Assembly: GCA_051294905.1 (NCBI GenBank)
Contig: CM119371.1
Location: 9,178,001-9,242,000, forward strand
Source of the DNA: Botryllus schlosseri
Taxonomy: Eukaryota
DNA: 64,000 bases
Direction of reading: 5' to 3'
In this document: positions 39,583-53,200 of the stretch, piece by piece
Layout: every line of letters begins with the position of its first letter
How positions within the stretch are numbered: the stretch's first letter is position 1
Made by a program: the position numbers and the translations under genes
Notes under the pieces: model-generated
Database searches by the model: none
What the model saw: only the letters and a program-made list of their open reading frames with translations
Told to the model about the DNA's origin: nothing

Positions 39583-39804
39583 CTTTCAGACTAGAATATC
39601 ACTTTCACGGTAGAAACTCTCTGTGGGTCGGTCAAAATCCCTTCGCCGGTGGGATTCGGCCCGCGGGCCGTATGTTGGCCGCCTCTGGTCTAAACGCATC
39701 TGCATTCAATGCTTTCAGCAATCCATCAAAGCCTTGGCATGATAGTAAATGAGAGGTCGTGCCACTTTCTATTTCAGAAATTTTAGTGACGTTCCTATCC
39801 GACG

Positions 39805-41247
39805 ATGAATTTCTGTCGTATTTCGGGAGTCATCTTATTTGTTTCTACATTCGTCATGTTGCTTTCTGGGACATCCGGTCAATCTAGAAAGCCTTACGCC
39901 AACAGCGGCGAAGTGAATATCTTATTCGTAAGAGCGACTTCGGTCGAAGTCGGGTTCAACTATGTCCAAGGAGCAACCAAATATTAGTAAGTGAATTTGG
40001 TGGTAGACCCCGATCGATATCAAATATTTAAGACGATACTCATATTCACTCTATGTATACAATTATACATATATTCGGCCGATATTCACTAATAACATTT
40101 CGACTGACACTCATCAGTAGCGAACGTGTGTATTGCTGCAAAGTGTTACTTATTCCATTGAAATTGAAGTCTATTGTCGGTGTAAATATCAAGTTTTGAT
40201 TGCCTCTTCCCTGCACTCGAAGACGACATTAAGTGAATTCACATTCCATACACCTTCCATATACTTTCAATTACTGCTTGGCTAATAATGTGACCGCAAA
40301 TTGCTCGGGCGTACGTTGTAACGACATCTCGGCGACAATTAATTAACGTAGGCCTATGTTAGCGTGATAATCGAGGTTGTTTTCGTCTTCACGTAGCCTG
40401 GGAAGTCATGTTTACGAGGTTTCTTATCTCCTTTGTTTGTAACCTACATGTAATTCGGGGGAAACGATTATAACAAGCAGAAACATATTCATAATATAGA
40501 ATGCTGTGTACTCAAACCACAAACGTCTGACCTGCAGACTTGTACAAAATACTGGATTATCAAATGATCAACTAGAAGTAGAACTATTCACTGTTCAAAA
40601 CTCGCAATCAAAACTAAAACTAGTACTACTGACTGTTCAAAACTCGCAACCACAACTTGAACTAGTACTGGGCCTACTCACTTCTCAAAATGCGGAACTA
40701 GAAATAGAATTACTCACTTTTCAAAACCCGCAACTGAAAGTAGAATGAGAAGTACTGATTTTTCAGAATGCGCAACAAGAACTATTATTACCCACTTTTC
40801 AAAAATCGCAACTAGAAATAGAGTCAGAACTACTCGCTTTTCAAAATCTGCAACTAGAACCAGAATTACCGGAAAAACCAGTGATAGTTCGCTGACCCTG
40901 TCAACTTAGTAGATTGGTAATATGTAGAGCTCTGCTAAATTGAGGCTCCTCTTTTCAGTGTAAACGCAAGAGAATGGGTGGACGGCAAGAAAGTTGGTAA
41001 CGAAGCGAGTGGAACTTGGCTGCACGGCCGAAAAAGATCGACGACATTGCGCAGTCTTAATCCGGGAGTGCGTTTGAGAACCTGTAGCTTTTGTCGTTGC
41101 TTGTAGACTATTATATCCTATTGTAGAGAGAATACCTCATACGGGTACAAGCTTACGTGAAAAATCGTCCGATAGGGTCACGCCCGCAAAAAGTGGTAAG
41201 GACTTCTCAACAATGCTACACGTGCAACGCAATGACTGACAACGAAC
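39805..41247 (+). CDS. Gene 2 exons 1-3: signal peptide and FN3 domain
   Basis: MNFCRISGVILFVSTFVMLLSGTSG hydrophobic leader; VRATSVEVGFNYVQGATKYYV...STTLRSLNPGREYLIRVQAY...VVRT matches the FN3 pattern (L.PG.EY.I.V.A); donors GTAAGT 39987, GTGCGT 41068, GTAAGT 41248. Confidence 0.85.
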
Positions 41248-44200
41248 GTAAGTCCTATTATTTTTTGATACGACACGAAGTGATTCTACGCCTGCGATTC
41301 AAGTCGCGAGCTAGGATAGTGGTATAATCAACAGCTGGGGCCGTGCTGTCGGAAGCTACGGAATAAAAATGAAGAAAATCGGCCCGGTGTAATGACCAAT
41401 TGACCATAGGAGTCAACATGCACCATCGATACCACGAACAAACAAACGCCTGCGGTCTTAGTCTTGATAATATATTTTAGTTACATTCGACCCCAATTCA
41501 TTCGGAGACTTTTGTTCGGCGCACTTTTAGCCGAAAGAACTATTGTTCATTATGTCATAACCCAATAAAACGAATTGCGAACCTGTGTCCGAATTCAGCG
41601 GGTAATTGTCCGAATTAAAGAAAGATTTTTATGCGCATGTTTTGCTTTTGTTCCTAATGAAGCAGCTATCCGAGTTATACAGCGTAGGAATTAGGCGCCA
41701 GCGTCGCTACTCAAGTAGAAGTAAAAGCTGCGATTTTTAAGTACTTCAAAGGTTCTTATTCTAGGTCTAGTTTATCTAAAGAAACTGAAAACTTTCGGGA
41801 AGCTGTGGAAGCAGTCTGAAATCAAAAGCACTTTAGTAAGTAGTGCGAGTAGAAAACACCTACCTGAAGTACCTATACAAGTGCAAGTAGTTCGTTACTG
41901 ATCATCTCTCGTAATAAGAAGGTTTGTGTCGACAGACTGCCGTTTTTTTGCTTCGTCAACCGGAACGTTATCAACAAACAAATTCGTCATGTAATAAATA
42001 TGCGGGGAAAATCTGTCCGTGGTATGGACTATCGTTCGCCGGATTGCCCTAAACAAGCTCGACATCTGTGTCACATTTCATTTCTATCCATCGCTAGTTG
42101 TATAATAATTCTTTACATGACTACGGAATTACTGAATGTAGATTAGGCAGTCGATACCAGTAGTTCGTAACGTGGGCGATTTGGCGGTCTAGGGAGGCGA
42201 AAAACGAAAGGGACGATAGCTGGTCGAAGACGGGCGAAGGGGGCGATAGGGGGCAAAAATCGAAGGACGCGACGATAGGGGTCGATGGCGCGGTAAAACG
42301 GCTATATTGGAGTCAAGTCGGACAAATGACTTTTTTTTGGTCAACATACGAAAATTTAGCTGTAAAAGTGTGGTTGAGCCGATAAGTCTACATTTTTTGT
42401 CAACTCGCCGGTGATTACAATTTGTATGTCCATTTTTCTCGGGTCTATACTATAAACCAGACCTCGGAAATGTGCGGCCCTCCGGTCAAATGCAGGCCAC
42501 GACGCAATTCTGACCTAAGCGCAAGTAGCCTGGAATTTAGAACAAATAACCTATTTTTTGAATCGTAATGGGTGAACATTTCTAATTAATCATTCATACG
42601 TTTCCAATCTATAATCCGTTAACATGTGCCTGGGGTTAATGGGATTTATATAAGTTGAGCATGTTTTATGTTTCACATGAATGGATAAACCGTTTTTTTT
42701 TTGGTAAATTTGAACACATCCACTTAGCAGCTTGCTTCAACGATTTAATTCACTGTTACGTAATATATTCAACTTTTTGCTCGGCCAGCAACCTATGTTT
42801 GCTTCTCATTTGGCCCGCCGGAAAGAATAATTGGCCAACCCTGCTATAGACGAATCTGTTGAATCAACGGGCGAGATTTTCAGAGTGCAAAGGGCCGGAC
42901 AAGGAGTTTGAATGCCCCTACGACAAAGACGCGTGTCTGAACGAAGTGCGGTACTCAAAGGGAGTGCCAAAAATCACGAAACGCTGCACGCAATGGCGAC
43001 CGGAAATAGGAAGACAGATCCAAAACTCAAGTGACATAACAGTTGTCTGTTCCGGACGGGGGAAGTGAGTGGAAATTGTATGCTTTAACGATTCATTCCA
43101 AGCTCGCGAGGATAGCTATCGATAATTCCGGCGTTTAATTAGATTGATAAGAGCGAAAGAGCCGAGCAAAAGCTTTCTGTATGCTATCATTTCAATGCAA
43201 GTCTAATTATTGGTCTTGGTCCTGAACATGCTACAGGAGAAATGTATCGTGCGAACGACCTTTGTTTACAATCGTTTGCCATCCTCATGCTTACAAGGAC
43301 GACCTAGAATTTCATACGAGCTAAACATTAATTTTGTTGCATTTCTTTAACTTTATAATTGAATTGAATTTTCGTTCGAGCAGTAATTAGAATTATGATT
43401 TAGTTTGGAGAAATGTGTAGCCATAATTGTCATTTTAATATAATTGAGAAACTGTGTAGCATATCATCCTAATTCTAGTCTAAATCGATCAAAACTGTGT
43501 GGCCATAACTCTAATAATAAAAATGTATTTTTAATTGTAATCTAATCTAAAAAAAACAGTGTAGTTATAGATCTAAACAATCATTTCATTCAGAATCAAA
43601 GACGTGCCGTGCAGATGCATGTGTAGAAGCAATCTGTGCAACGAAGTCGAAGTGCCCTGTTTGAACGGCAAGTTAACAAACTATCCAAAAAACTATAGAT
43701 ATCTATCTAGTGAAGTGAGTCCATTTCATCACAGAATGCTTCAAGGAACTGCCGTCCCCAGACAACAGCTACATCAGATGTACCAAAGGAGAACAGGTGG
43801 GCTCGGTATGCTGGTGGTACTGTATGCCGGGTTACAAACTCAAGGGCACGTCAGAATCAGTATGTAGAAGAGATCGAACGTGGAGTGTCCTGAATCCGCC
43901 CGAATGTGTCGGTGATGGTGAATATCATTGCTTTTTTCAGAATTTCGATGCGGAGAGTATATTTCGTAAAAATTTTTAATCCATCGCCAATCATGATTGC
44001 AAACATAGTTCGACTTATTTCTGTGAAAATATTTATTGGTATTTTGTCCGCAAGTGGGTATACCTACAAAATAATCAAGAACGGTCGTGAAACTAAATTG
44101 AATAATATGTTCTATTTAAATGGAATTATGCAATTGTGTGCTGACATTTTGTGCCTCCCGAGTCTCTTCAAACAATTTCTGGGTCCTGTGGGGCGAGGTA

Positions 44201-47200
44201 GCGTAGTGGTATAATCCGCAGCTGCGACACTGATGTGCTGCGGTTCTAGTCCGATCGAGGTCGAACCAGAATTCCATCTCAAGTGTTGGAGGTTTATCTA
44301 GGATCGCCATGAATATTACAAACCAATAAACTTCCTGAGTCTGAATTTTGCATAAAATCTCAAGTTGTAATGCTCTACGTTATGTTGATTTCCGAGATAA
44401 TTTTTGGCCCACGTTGAGCTCTGAGTTCGATGAATAAAATAAAGTGTCCGAGATTTTTTATTTCTCGAGATCGTGTTAATTTTTGAGATGTCCTTTGCGG
44501 TCGTCCAAAAGATTATCTCATACGGACCTCAAAATAACCGCAAACCCCTATTTGACAACTACCGCCCTATATGTACCTTACGTCGCATTGTACATTTTGT
44601 ACACTGAACAACGTACATTCTGTTGCTCGGGGACGACGTATATGACTATTGAAAATTAACTTTTTAGAATATCCTATACTGAATTAGCAAATTAGATTGT
44701 GATCAATGTTCCCTCTAAGCTGCGCACGTGCGCAAATGCGCACTGCTGAAACGGTCTCTGCGCACAGAAAATCTACGCTGCGCACAAAAAATCAGATATG
44801 ATGTTATTTTTTTATAGTTGTTGCGCACTGTTGTCCAATGGACCACGCAGGCGCGCAGATTCGTGAAAATTAAAATGGAACATTGTCAGGGCCAAATAGT
44901 GTAATCACTGAATTCTGAAATCGAGGTACAAGTGCGCCCCACAAAGGTAACTATTTCGCTCCGGGAAGAAATAAGAATTCACAATCACGCGCGCCTCACG
45001 GAAGATATTTTTTTAGTATGGCCTCGTACGCGTGAGCGATACTGATATCATTTCAACAGCGCATTATTTTCTGGGAATGACGAAATAACATTGTTTAACA
45101 AAGTTATAAATAATAATGGATAGCTCAAAGTTAATCTCCGAGAAACTAACGAATAGTCTTCTCCGCGTGGCATGAACATTGCGTAAGATTTACTCAGGAC
45201 CGTAACTTTCGCACCCAAACCGCCCAATTGGAGAGGCCGAGCTCGAAGGGGGTCCAAAATTATTCCGAGAATTAACATAAATCATTGTGTACTTTTTTGG
45301 AATTTTTCAGGAACTTTTGTTCGCGCTACGCGCGTTTTATTATTGTCAGATATCTAATTATTGGGTACCCTTTCCCAACAAAAATTACGCATGATTCATA
45401 GCAATGGGCAGTTGAGCGTCGGCCATTTCAGGACCATGACGCGCCAAGACATGAATTTAAAGGCTATGTAACATGCGACTCCATGAAGTGCGCCAGAAAG
45501 ATCAGCAGCGAGAAAACTTTGGGCAAAAAAGACTGCCCCGGTGCTGACCGAAAACTTCGATATATAGAAATATATGTGTAATTGTCAATGTCCATGGACG
45601 CCTAAATGGCAGGCGCCGAATGTTCCTGTCCTGGCGATCCGAGTCCCACAACAAGACAAATGCCATATCCAGGGAACATTAGTTTCCAGTTAAGAAATAC
45701 CAATTTGAAATCGATTTGATAGCAATATATATGCAATTCCCGATCATATTGACCGATACAATCATGAATTATATAAATTTTTCGCGCTTCGCGCGTTTAG
45801 GGACGGTGCTACTAAATGGCCACCCAATGTAGAGCCGTGCTTATTTGATTACTAGTCTTCTCGCCGTTCTATGGGCAGCGGCACACCCATTCTTGAGCAG
45901 CTACTTTCAAACGCTTTGACCGAAATCTGAACGGCTTTCCTGTAAGCTTCTTTCAGGCTAATTGTTGTTTTTTATCAATAATCTATAGAATGAGACACAA
46001 TCACGGAGACTTTTTGAGATTTTCCAAATTTTGGACAACCCTATTGCGCACTGTTGTCTGAGGGCCTGCGCAGTGAGTTGGCGTGTTGGCGCAGGCTTTT
46101 GAAAAATTAGAGGGAACATTGATTGTGATGTTGATAAAACTTATTGGCTTGGGGTGCAAAAGCCCAACGCTGTTATATGCGCCATAACATGATTTTGTTA
46201 ATAGATAATAATAATAATAATGTGCTCCCCGGATTATGTGAGTATCTACCAGTTTTACTGTGAATAAAGAATATAATAATAATCTGTACCTTGCATCAGT
46301 GTTGGGATCAAGTCACTAACTTCGAGTCACGAGTCGTCTCGAGTCATTGTAAATTTCGACTCGAGTCAAGTCAAGTCAGTCGAATTTTGAATGTGACTCG
46401 AGTCAAGTCAAGTCACTCGATACAAGTCACGAGTCAAGTCAAGTTGAAATTTTGCAGTACGAGACATAATTACGTTATTGCATTTAGATAACTGTTTGAA
46501 AGTTGCCTTTTATTTTGAATGAAGGGACGAATACGGAGGTAAATAAAAAGGCAAGTAGTCGTCGTGTCGCTCACGCGTACGAAGAACTTCTAAACTACCT
46601 ATAATTAACTGTATAGCCTCAGTCCCAGCCAACATATAGAGAATAGAATACGAAACCTCAGAAAGTTGAAACGAATTGATTAGATGCAACGCAGTAGCCA
46701 CCTACACATTCGTGAGATACAATTTAGACCTGCGCCTATGGTCGACGAGTAATATAAACTTATAATCTATAGTAAAATCAGACTTGAATCATACAAGAGG
46801 TTTGGTTAAGGCAGTCTATATAACAGAGATAGATACTTTGCCATTTGATTACTTTACTAGTAGTTTACGACAACGTCAGCTGTAAGCTCCGATCACTTCG
46901 TTTGCGGTCAATTTATATGTTATAAAACAATGGCGGCTCAGTAACACACACAATCATTGAGTGATTGCTCACCATTAGGGGTCACACCAGCGTATCGCGA
47001 ATAATACGAATATGCAAGATCAGCCATTTTGATGGATACCCTAACTAGATGACTTGAAATTGACTCGTAAATTTTGCTTCGAGTCACGAGTCAATCCACA
47101 TTTCTGAAAGGCCAAGTCAAGTCATTTTTGCAAAGTGGCTCGAGACAAGTCGAGTCATACGAAAAAAGTGACTCGAGTCTGACTCGCGTCAAGTCATGAC

Positions 47201-50200
47201 TCGAGTCATTCCAACACTGCCTCACATCGCATTGTGCATTTTGTGTCTTAAACTGATAAAAAATGATAGCGCCTCTGATTAAGCGGTCATTATTATACGA
47301 TTCACGACGACAATCTTGCTGTTTTTCAGACCACGTTCATCCCCCTTGTGAATTCAGATGCCCGCCTCTGGAACCTGACGAAAACGGTTTGATCTCCTGC
47401 ACCAAAGGAAACCGGCCTGGTTCCGTCTGTACTTTCCGATGCTATCCGTGAGTGATGTCATCACTGGGGGAGGACCCAATGCTTAGAGTACTTGAACAGG
47501 AATCAAGCATTAATTCTAATGATTCGAGACGAATATTGAGAATTGATTGAGTGATTTGAATGATCAGAGTACTCACTTATGAATCAAGTAATAATTCTAA
47601 TGATTCGAGACGATTGTTAAGAGTTGTTATTTTTAGAGTATTGAAATCATACGTTTCCTTGCCACGAATAGTAAATTATATCAACGAGAATTATAGTTTC
47701 GACCCCACTGTATTTTCAACAGCGTGAGGCTGCAAACCGCGATTGTACGTATCGCAGGGTACGAAACATGTATAGTACGAAGCCACGTACAGTAATGAAA
47801 ATCACCTTTCTTCAAAGTCGTGATCAAAAGAGTGCTCTGTCACAAAGCGACTGAGATAGGTAGGGTCGAATAAAATAACACGTATCAGGGTTGTAATAAC
47901 TCGAGTCGCGAATCATTTTTCCAAATGCGTAAAACGACTCGACTCGACTCGAGTCAATTTCTGTACTGGCTCGACTGGTACGCGGGTCATTGTGCATGAC
48001 TCGAACCAAGTCATATGACTCGAGACTAGGATGGCCGATAAGACAAACATTTCGTTGCAACTTAGAAAAATAGTAAAGTCACGAAATGTTTGGTATTTCG
48101 TCTATCATTCCTGATGCTTGGAAAATAGGGTCAGGTACTGTTGAGACTGACGACAATTACGATATAATTAATGCGATCCACTCTATATCACCCGAGCAGA
48201 GTTGAAAAAGTGAGTAGAACCGGATTGAAATGAACATAATGACTTGGACTAGGACTCGAGTCAAAACGCTATGACTCGGACTCGATCCCCTACTAGCTGA
48301 CTTGGACTCAGACTCGACTCTGTGTTGAATTAAAAATGACTCAACTCGAGTCGAGTCAAAACTATAACAGCTTGGTTGACTTGTGACTCGAAGCCTTGTA
48401 ACTTGGTTACAGCCCTGCGGATATTACAAATAAAATACCAAATATTCTTCAATGTGATAATAGATCTGGCGATATACAGTTTGTGGTCGCGTAAAAGGTT
48501 CATAGTTGAACTTTCCATATCAATTGCAATGTTGTGACGCCATAATATGAAATATTAGGCTAATTGACTCCAAGGCTATCACTCGATTCAGATTCGAATC
48601 ACTCAGGTACTCGGTTTTGCCCAGCTCACTCATGAGGAACTATACGATTATGAATTATAATTTCAATGTTTAGAAACAGCAGACTTCACGGCAGTACTGT
48701 GAGGGAGTGCGACGGCGTCACCAGCAAATGGTCCGGAATTCGCGCTACGTGCGAAGGTGGGCTATGCGTTCAGCTGAGCAGATTTTTTGTGCAGATGAGA
48801 GAGAGAGAGGAGGGTCTTTATTTACATACAGCCGCGATACAACATTAGCAGACGGTAACATGATGACGTTGAAAAATACGCAAGTGCGGTATTCGGTATG
48901 GGATGGAAATGTTCCCGCGGTCTTAGGGGTCATCTAATCTGATCACAACTGGATCAAACAAGTACACTGTCTCTATACCTACACGATCTGGCTGTAACTA
49001 ATGTTAGTTGAGAAAAAAAGAAACATTTAGGTGGAGACCAAAAGTTTTACCTCAAATCAGACACTGAACACTCAAAACACGGGCACATAAATAAATATGA
49101 AATACTTAGATAAACGGTGTCCAATGTTAATTTCTTGGACTTAAGCGGAGCCTGAAAATTGAAAGATTGTGCTGACCCATGAGTCCCCGTTCCTGCGCAC
49201 TGCTTGAAATAAGTCATCGTGAAACGCCGTTGCCATGACGCCCGGCTTCGTGTTCGCCGGGAATGAGCTGTACCTCGACGTTTTACCCGAATCACGGTTT
49301 ACTAAAGAAGAAATGTGCCACATGGAAGACTTTCTAAATATATGAACATCTCATTCGTACGACTGTTGGTTTGTGTACGAAAAAAGACGCACGGTCTCCG
49401 ATATTCACGACTGGATGGTTCGACTAGATGTTTCTCTTTCCCCTGATACTCGTGTGTTGACCACTACATTTAGCAAGCATTACTGTGTGATAGGTCCACC
49501 CCCGTCTTAACACTCCCAAGAATATATGCTTGCAACGGGCCTGACATCGCATATCGCAATGCGTGTAAATCAATCAAATTCAAGGATAATTAAAAATCAA
49601 CAGTCATAAAAGTCATATGATCAATTGACAAACTATAGAGAATTAGATTTTCCTCCGATGACTTCACTACAAGATTTATTTTAATCCTATCATACTGCAT
49701 CTCAAATTTGTGCAGTTCAGCTTTCCGCGAACTCAATTCTTCCTTATGCCACATTCAGCGGTATGTGAACCACTTCAAAGTTGTACCAACAATGGTAGGT
49801 GCCTAGGTGGTTTAAGAATGCGAGGTTTATCGCTCGAGGATTTGATAAAAACAAACGTTTGGTCTGCGCTGAATCTAGAATAACGTGATAAGCAAGCACC
49901 CAACAGCCGCTGAGCCGGACTTTTGGTCTCCACACCTAATGATAGTAGCAACGGCAAATGATAGTACGTAATAGTAATGATAGTGCAGTAGTGTCAGGGC
50001 AAGTTGGACACCAGCGCTGCCACGACGATAAGAAGTAATCAAATACGCCTTTTGAATCAGCCCTAAGAATTCATCACACAACACATGCGTATGTTGTGGT
50101 AATGTATTCCAAATGACGGGCCCTGGGCAAGGGTTGTAATGACTCGAGTCACGATTTTTCGTGACTCAACTTGACTGGAGACATTATCTAAAATATGGAA

Positions 50201-53200
50201 AATTACTCGACTCGACATTAGGCAATTTGTGCGTGGACTCGACTTGTATTCTGGTCATTGCGCATGACTCGACCAAGCCAGTTGATTCGAGACTCGAACT
50301 GCCAAGACATACATTTCGTTGTAACTTTAATGAATAGCGATCTACCACATTATTGGTATTTCATGTTTCAGTACTGGTGCTTATGAAATAGGGACATAAA
50401 CAGTGTAAAAGGAGGAATATTAGTATGAATGCGAGGCCTACAATATCACCCACGCAGATTTGAACACGACTATGAACAGTGCACACAACGACTTGGACTC
50501 GGACTCTATTCACAACACTATGACTCGGATTCAAACCTTTGACAGCTGACTTGGACTCGGACTTGACTCGGTGGTGAAGTGCAAATAAATCAGCATGAGT
50601 CGAGTCAAAACTATAAAAGTTTAATTGACTTGTTGCACGAGACATTTTGACTTGGTTATGACGCTGGTCCTGAGCCAGGGGTCGCCAACTCAAAACGTGC
50701 GGAAGGCCACTTTTCAAATTTCATTAAGGCCGCGGGCCGCATGAATTCAACGGAGTTGCAAATAGACAGAGGTGGTCAGTAACGAAGTACTTCTACTTTT
50801 TCGAAGTACTCAAGTAGTTTTCCTCTACTTCTGGTACTTACTCAAGTAGATCTGATTTTCGCTACTTCTACTTCTACTTCATAATATTTTGTGATCTACT
50901 TACTTACTTTTCGCTATTTTCAGTTTGTCAAGTAGAAGTAGTTCAATCTTCCAATCAAAGATAGCCTGAGAAATTTCGGGGCTGTTTTCACGTATCAGTA
51001 TCAACATTTAATTTTCATAAAAGTTGAGTAAAGCCAAGAATTTTCGTCGCGCTTCGCGCGCAGTGGATACGGAGTGACCGGTATGATTTCACGAAAGTAT
51101 CGGTGAATGTAATTTAGGTGGCGGGTTGGCATGGTTCCGTTCATACCACATTGTCAACCTTCGCCCATATGAAATAATTCATCACAGTATATATGGCTCA
51201 TAATAACGTTTGAAACTGATGTTTCGCTATCTAGCGTTTACTTGTCATATCGTAATCTAGCATGTCCATGGTGTGTCCTAATATGGAAAAGTGGACTCCG
51301 ACTTTTTTTAGTTTTAGAGCTGTTTTAGCATACCACCTTTGAAACTTTCTGGACTAAAGGCATGAAATACATGTTCCACTTTCAGAAGTAGTATTTATAT
51401 TTCACTTTTAATTCCCAGAATCATATACTTTGAGTTATAATTAATATCAGTTCTTTTGTCTGGATAACATACATGTTGAAGTATAAAAGCAAGTATAGTA
51501 ATGCCTTTAATTTCCAGAAATAAAGCTACACAATATGACGTTTTTACGGTCCACCATATTAACGTTTACTAATCGCGCGCAGTGTTTACACCGTATCCTA
51601 TATCACTTCTCCGTATTGCTCTTCGACTAAACTATGGGCCTTATAATATGGGGGATGGCGCCGTACCATGCTATTTTCTAAAACGTGCTGTTCGAGAAAA
51701 CAGAGGATTAGTATCGCATTTCCATATCAATACTATCATTTTCATCCCATGATGTGGACGAATGATTATGCTATCGAAAATTGGATACCTGCTGGTATGC
51801 ATCAATATGAATCAAGCTCGTCACCTTTCGAATAGCACAATTAGCACCTTTTTACAATCCATGTGAACGACTTAGGGTTGTTTTCACAACTACTTACTTA
51901 CTTGAGTACTTTTAAAGTCAGTAAATTCTACTTCTACTTCAAGTAGTTTTAGGTTGCTTATGGAAGAAGTACTTCTACTCGTACTTGAGTAGATTTTTTC
52001 GTCGCTACTTCTACTTCTACTTGAGTAGCTTTCTTGACTACTTTGACCACCTCTGCAAATAGACCACACATTTTAGCAATCGCGTTTTTCAAACTTAACG
52101 TCAGTACAATGCTGTGTTCTCTAACATTGGCGACGGGCATAGTACAGCAGTTGGGGTTAGCTAGACACGGTACTTGCTGCAAAACTATCTCCTCGTAAAA
52201 CTGGATCTTGTGGGCATCCCAAGTCGTTTTCCAAACGTCTCGGTATTTGCAGTGTATGGGCCGTTGAACGTCAAGGCAATATGCCCAGCCCATTCATATA
52301 CACTAATTCTCCCATCATGGAATGCTTCGCCGAAGCCGTATCAGCAATTGGTGAGGACTGGTGATCTTGGGCAACCAACACCAACACTACTTTTAAACTG
52401 TCATCAATTTCATCATTCAAAATGTCTTAATAAGCGTTCGTACGAAATGTCATATCAGGTCGCGGGCCGCAAAATATGACCTCGCGGGTTGGTGTGTTGG
52501 TGACTCCTGTCCTAGGCACACTTGTACAACTCGATGGTTGTCTAATTATAGCGTAATGCCGGTAATTCTAATCTAATTTATGAAATGTTTATATATGCTC
52601 CCTGTTACTGCAGTAATCTGCAGTACATAGTCTAATGTTTTCGTTTGACTGAAAATAGACAGGATAACTGTATAGTGCGAGACGAGCCATGCCTGGTATC
52701 AAAACATTGCCATTCTCATGCTTGTGAGAGTCAATTCTGACTTAATATGAAATGAGCTTGTTTTTCCAGTAGGCCCATTTCTTTCTAATGCCGAATTGAA
52801 TTCATTTTCCAATTTTTTTTACTGATTCCGTAATTTGAATTATAATAGAATTTCGAAAGAAACTGTGCAGATATCATTCATTCATTGCGGTAATTTTCTC
52901 CAAAGGACAGACCCCGAGTAATGAATAGGCCTAGCCTACTTCTCGTAGTTAAGTTGCTATCTGCTAGGGGTAAGTGGACATTTTCTTTTGACAAGTCGCT
53001 TGTATTATGAGAGTTAGCCACCACGTTTGTTTCTCCTAGAAATCACTTGCAGCGTGATAGAAGAGAGGGACGGACTGACTAAACATTGCACGGGCAAGGA
53101 AACGATCGGGTCCGTCTGCGACTTCTCTTGCCCTAAAAACAAAAAGCTTCTGGGAAGTCGCAGACTGACATGTCAAGCGACGGGTAGTTGGTCTGCCACA

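Noticed and set aside
40506..40748. ORF with periodic QLEVELFTVQNS repeats resembling a coiled coil
   Set aside because: It is the translation of a ~36-bp tandem repeat in gene 2 intron 1; exons 1 and 2 join in frame without it and complete the FN3 domain
40566..40870. Possible CRISPR-like array
   Set aside because: Units are contiguous and degenerate with no unique spacers; eukaryotic context with no cas genes
49160..49330. Extra gene 2 exon (GC-richer patch)
   Set aside because: No Sushi pattern or convincing splice pair; the flanking exons already join in phase
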